From Glaucostegus cemiculus (Eukaryota), in contig CDPCPM010000269.1 in assembly GCA_976551045.1 (NCBI GenBank), positions 3,968,001 through 4,032,000 on the forward strand: DNA of 64,000 nucleotides, read 5' to 3'. Numbering within the stretch: the first letter of the stretch is position 1; each line of letters opens with the position of its first letter. The notes beneath the pieces were generated by a model, which saw only the letters and a program-made list of their open reading frames with translations, did not search any database and was not told the origin of the DNA. Made by a program: the position numbers and the translations under genes. Positions 60,946 through 64,000 of the stretch are shown in pieces.

Positions 60946-62159
60946 TTTTTGGTTTGCAACAGATGATCTTATCGTAAATTGTTTATTAGGGCAGCAATCG
61001 TTAATTATCTGAAATAGCAGATAATTAAATGCATGCAATGCTCCCTGTCCATTGGTTAAAGAATCTGGGAACCTCACCAACCTTTCTTGAACTTGAAGCT
61101 CTATATAACATTTATCAAATGTGGTTCTACACACGTAAGTGCTTCTTACATAGATTTCAGTACTACAGTTTTCTGTATATCAACAACCACAGAAACAATG
61201 TCGAGACCTTTACCAAACTTTGCTAAACTTTTGGTTAATACCAAACATTGGATGCTCAAATCAAGCTTCTTTATAATTTATTCCACACAGTTCTGAACAT
61301 TACAGTCTTGTGCATATCTCAGATTACTTTTAGAATGATTGTACAATACATTTGGCACATCTGCCCAACTCCAATTAGTCTCCTTCAAATGCAGAGGAGC
61401 TTTCTTCCCCACATTTCTTTGGACTAAAATTCTAAGTTTGAGCTGCTTGCAAAAATAAAGGATGGAAAGTTCAAGTCAGTATTCAGAAAGAAACAAATAG
61501 GCACAGTTAAAGAGAATAATACAGTTCTATAGTTAAAATATTGGACAAAGTAATTGTGAACAGATTGAAAGGAAATTAGAATTTTTTAAGGTTCCTCTTG
61601 AATATGACACCTAAAAACATGATGACTTGAAGAAATGAAGGCTTTGAATATTGAGCAGAAATTAAGCTTGCTCCTTTCCCATTGATTCATGACCATTTGT
61701 TTCAATATTTGTAATTTTGTAAAGCTATATATTTCAATCTGCATCAAGGTATTGTATGAAGCAATAATTTCCAGGCCCTTAGAAACTAGATTTTAAAAAT
61801 CAAACATAAATACAACTACTATTATGCATTGAAAAAAATCAGACCCTGGCAGATAAACAGGGAAATCTATCTCTCAGTAGCTCTTAAGTATGTTAGCTGC
61901 AGTTTTCCCTTCATTAATCTGCCAGAAGACAGGAGGTAGCATAGGACAGAAGATGATATATAATCTATTCAATGTTAATTGAATGTTATGGGGTGAAATG
62001 TTCATCCCTGGTCACTTGTATTAAATAGTAGCAGCAGGATTTTCCACTATGTTTTTAAAATTTGACAACATTGCCAGTTTCTGACTGGGGAGGAATTTTC
62101 AGATACCGGATCTTCACAGATCTCAGGGTGACTGGCTATTTGGAGGTTGAGCAAAAAAG

Positions 62160-62988
62160 TGCTGCAGCTACACAGCTCCAGTGACCTGGCTTTGAACCTG
62201 ACGTTGGTTGCGGTCAGGATATCATTAGGCTGGAAAGGGTGCAGAAGAGATTCACAAGGATGTTACTCAGACTGGAGGGCTTGAGTTGAAGGGAGAGACT
62301 GGATAAGCTGGGGCTTTTTTTTCTGGAGTGTAGGAGACTAAGAGGAGACCTGATAGAGGTATATAAAATCATAAGAAGCATAGATAAGTCTTTACCCCAG
62401 GATAGGGGAGCCTATAACTAGTGGGGATACATTTAAGATGAAAGGGAAAAAATGTAAATGGTATCCAAGGGGGAACTTTTTCACAAAGAGGTCGGTGGGC
62501 ATGTAGAACGAGCTGCCAGAGGAAGTGGTAGATGTGGGTACAATTACAACATTTAAGAGGCATTTGAACAGGTAAATGGATAGGAAAGCTTCAGAGGGAC
62601 ATGGGCCACACACAGGCAAATGGGACTAGGTCAGGTTAACAACTTGGTTGGCATGGATGAGTTGGGCCAAAGGGCCTTTTTCTGTACTGTACAACTCTAT
62701 GACTCCAAGGTGCATGCTTTCCCAGTGAACACATGGACTTCACCTATATGCTCCAGTTTCCTCTCACATCAATGCGCTGGTAGGTTAATTGGCTATGGGA
62801 AAAAAAAGAAAAAATTTCTTTCATGTAGAATAGAGGGTAGTGGTAGAACTGTCATAAGGTAATAGATGGGTATGTCTGAGAGAACAGATTACAGAGAGAT
62901 TAGTACCCGAATGGGGCTGATGGAGTTGGTCTGCGAGCTAGCATAGACCTGATGAGCTGAATGGCTCCTATGTCCTAAGAACATAAGA
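62160..62988 (+). mobile_element. Old V-SINE split by a CR1 3' fragment (62216-62705)
   Basis: Head cacagctccagtgacctggctttgaacctgac; the core resumes at tgcatgctttccc..ctccagtttcctctcacatc..taggttaattggct. Confidence 0.7.
62216..62705 (+). mobile_element. CR1 3' fragment
   Basis: DIIRLERVQKRFTRML..LRGDLIEVYKII; aactctatgactc tail. Confidence 0.92.
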
Positions 62989-63199
62989 GAAGTGTGAGGA
63001 GAAGTCATCAATTATAGTATCTTTTTTTTTGTTAAATATGTTTGAATGTCTGAATGGGTTTTCAGTTTGGTCAGTTCCATTGTTAGAAAAGTACATAACT
63101 CCTTGATAAGAGATCGTTCCACATAATCCTGTGCGATTTCAGATCCTGGAATAAAATAATTAACAAGGCATGTGAATAGTGGAAATTTTGGAATGGGAA

Positions 63200-63950
63200 A
63201 GCCTGTTTGTTCACTAAGTTTTCAAATGCGTGCTCCATTCATGGCCACCTTAACTATAAACTCACCACTGCTCCATTCACCCAAGAACTCTCATTTCCTG
63301 ACTTCCATTCCATGTACTTTCAACAGATTTATGAATTAATATCTATTCAGTCTGCCAAATTTTAATATTTAAGAAGCACTCAACCATTCAAGCCAATCTA
63401 TTGTTAACATCACCGTACAATTTTTAATCATGTTAAGAAAAAACTTCTGCAGCAATCCTTTTTGATACCAAGAACTTCTATCTATAAAAAAACCCTTAGT
63501 ATCTTTATTCCACCTCACTTCCCACTGTCTCCCTCAACCCACGACATCCACTTTCTAACATGTATTGATCTAGTTCTTTAAGAATGATAAATTAACTACT
63601 TTCTTCCAATTGTGTTCACAGATCAATGTCCTTGAGAGCTCAGGGGATCAGAATCCCAGTCATGTCTTTGTGCACGTTCATGTTGCAAAAATGTTTGCAA
63701 ACAACTTGTGTTCAAAATAGAAATGGCAATGCACTGCTACAGAGAGCTATTAATTTGATAATTTATTCATAACATACTAACTTGAATGAATTTCTTTGTA
63801 CTAGTGTGCAATTCATGGCATCCTCTGGATGTGCTTTCATTGGGCTCTGTCTGTTTAACAGCTCAGCACAGATACCTTAGGAACATGATTTCTATTGCAT
63901 ATTCTCTCTTTTCTCCTTTGTCATCCCTTTGTGATATTTGATTTTTATTA
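63200..63950 (-). mobile_element. Very old CR1 3' fragment
   Basis: Antisense tail and RT remnants (gctccattca, cagaatcccagtc, ctctggatgtgctttc). Confidence 0.4.
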
Positions 63951-64000
63951 TCTGAAACTGTTTTTCTTCACTCTTATTTTGCTCCCTTTTCCTCTCTCTT

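Noticed and set aside
62945-62965. CTGATGAG as a hammerhead core
   Set aside because: It lies in a CR1-type SINE tail and lacks the GAAA and stem arrangement.

Overview
AT-rich vertebrate genomic DNA with an elasmobranch-type repeat complement. Shark or ray, probably a batoid, is my inference from remembered repeat motifs, not from a database search. I found no intact host protein-coding gene, rRNA, true tRNA or CRISPR array. The window reads as intergenic DNA or part of a very long intron. Much of it is layered, often nested transposon debris: CR1, Rex1/Babar, L2, RTE and Penelope retroelements, a Gypsy pol relic, a Harbinger Myb/SANT relic, V-domain tRNA SINEs with two different tails, DeuSINE- and LF-SINE-like relics, and a Tigger-like MITE carrying an internal minisatellite. 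Most interesting signals: (1) an inverted duplicate about 6 kb apart with a perfect 30-bp core (32173-32202 / 38166-38195); (2) palindromic Penelope-derived mini-elements with decayed hammerhead ribozyme cores; (3) a near-consensus CTCF motif inside a decayed LF-SINE-like relic; (4) two local hairpins, one of pre-miRNA size and L2-derived; (5) several minus-strand AG|GT recursive-splice or non-coding exon candidates. Boundaries of decayed repeats are approximate (tens of bp), and family names come from motif recognition only.
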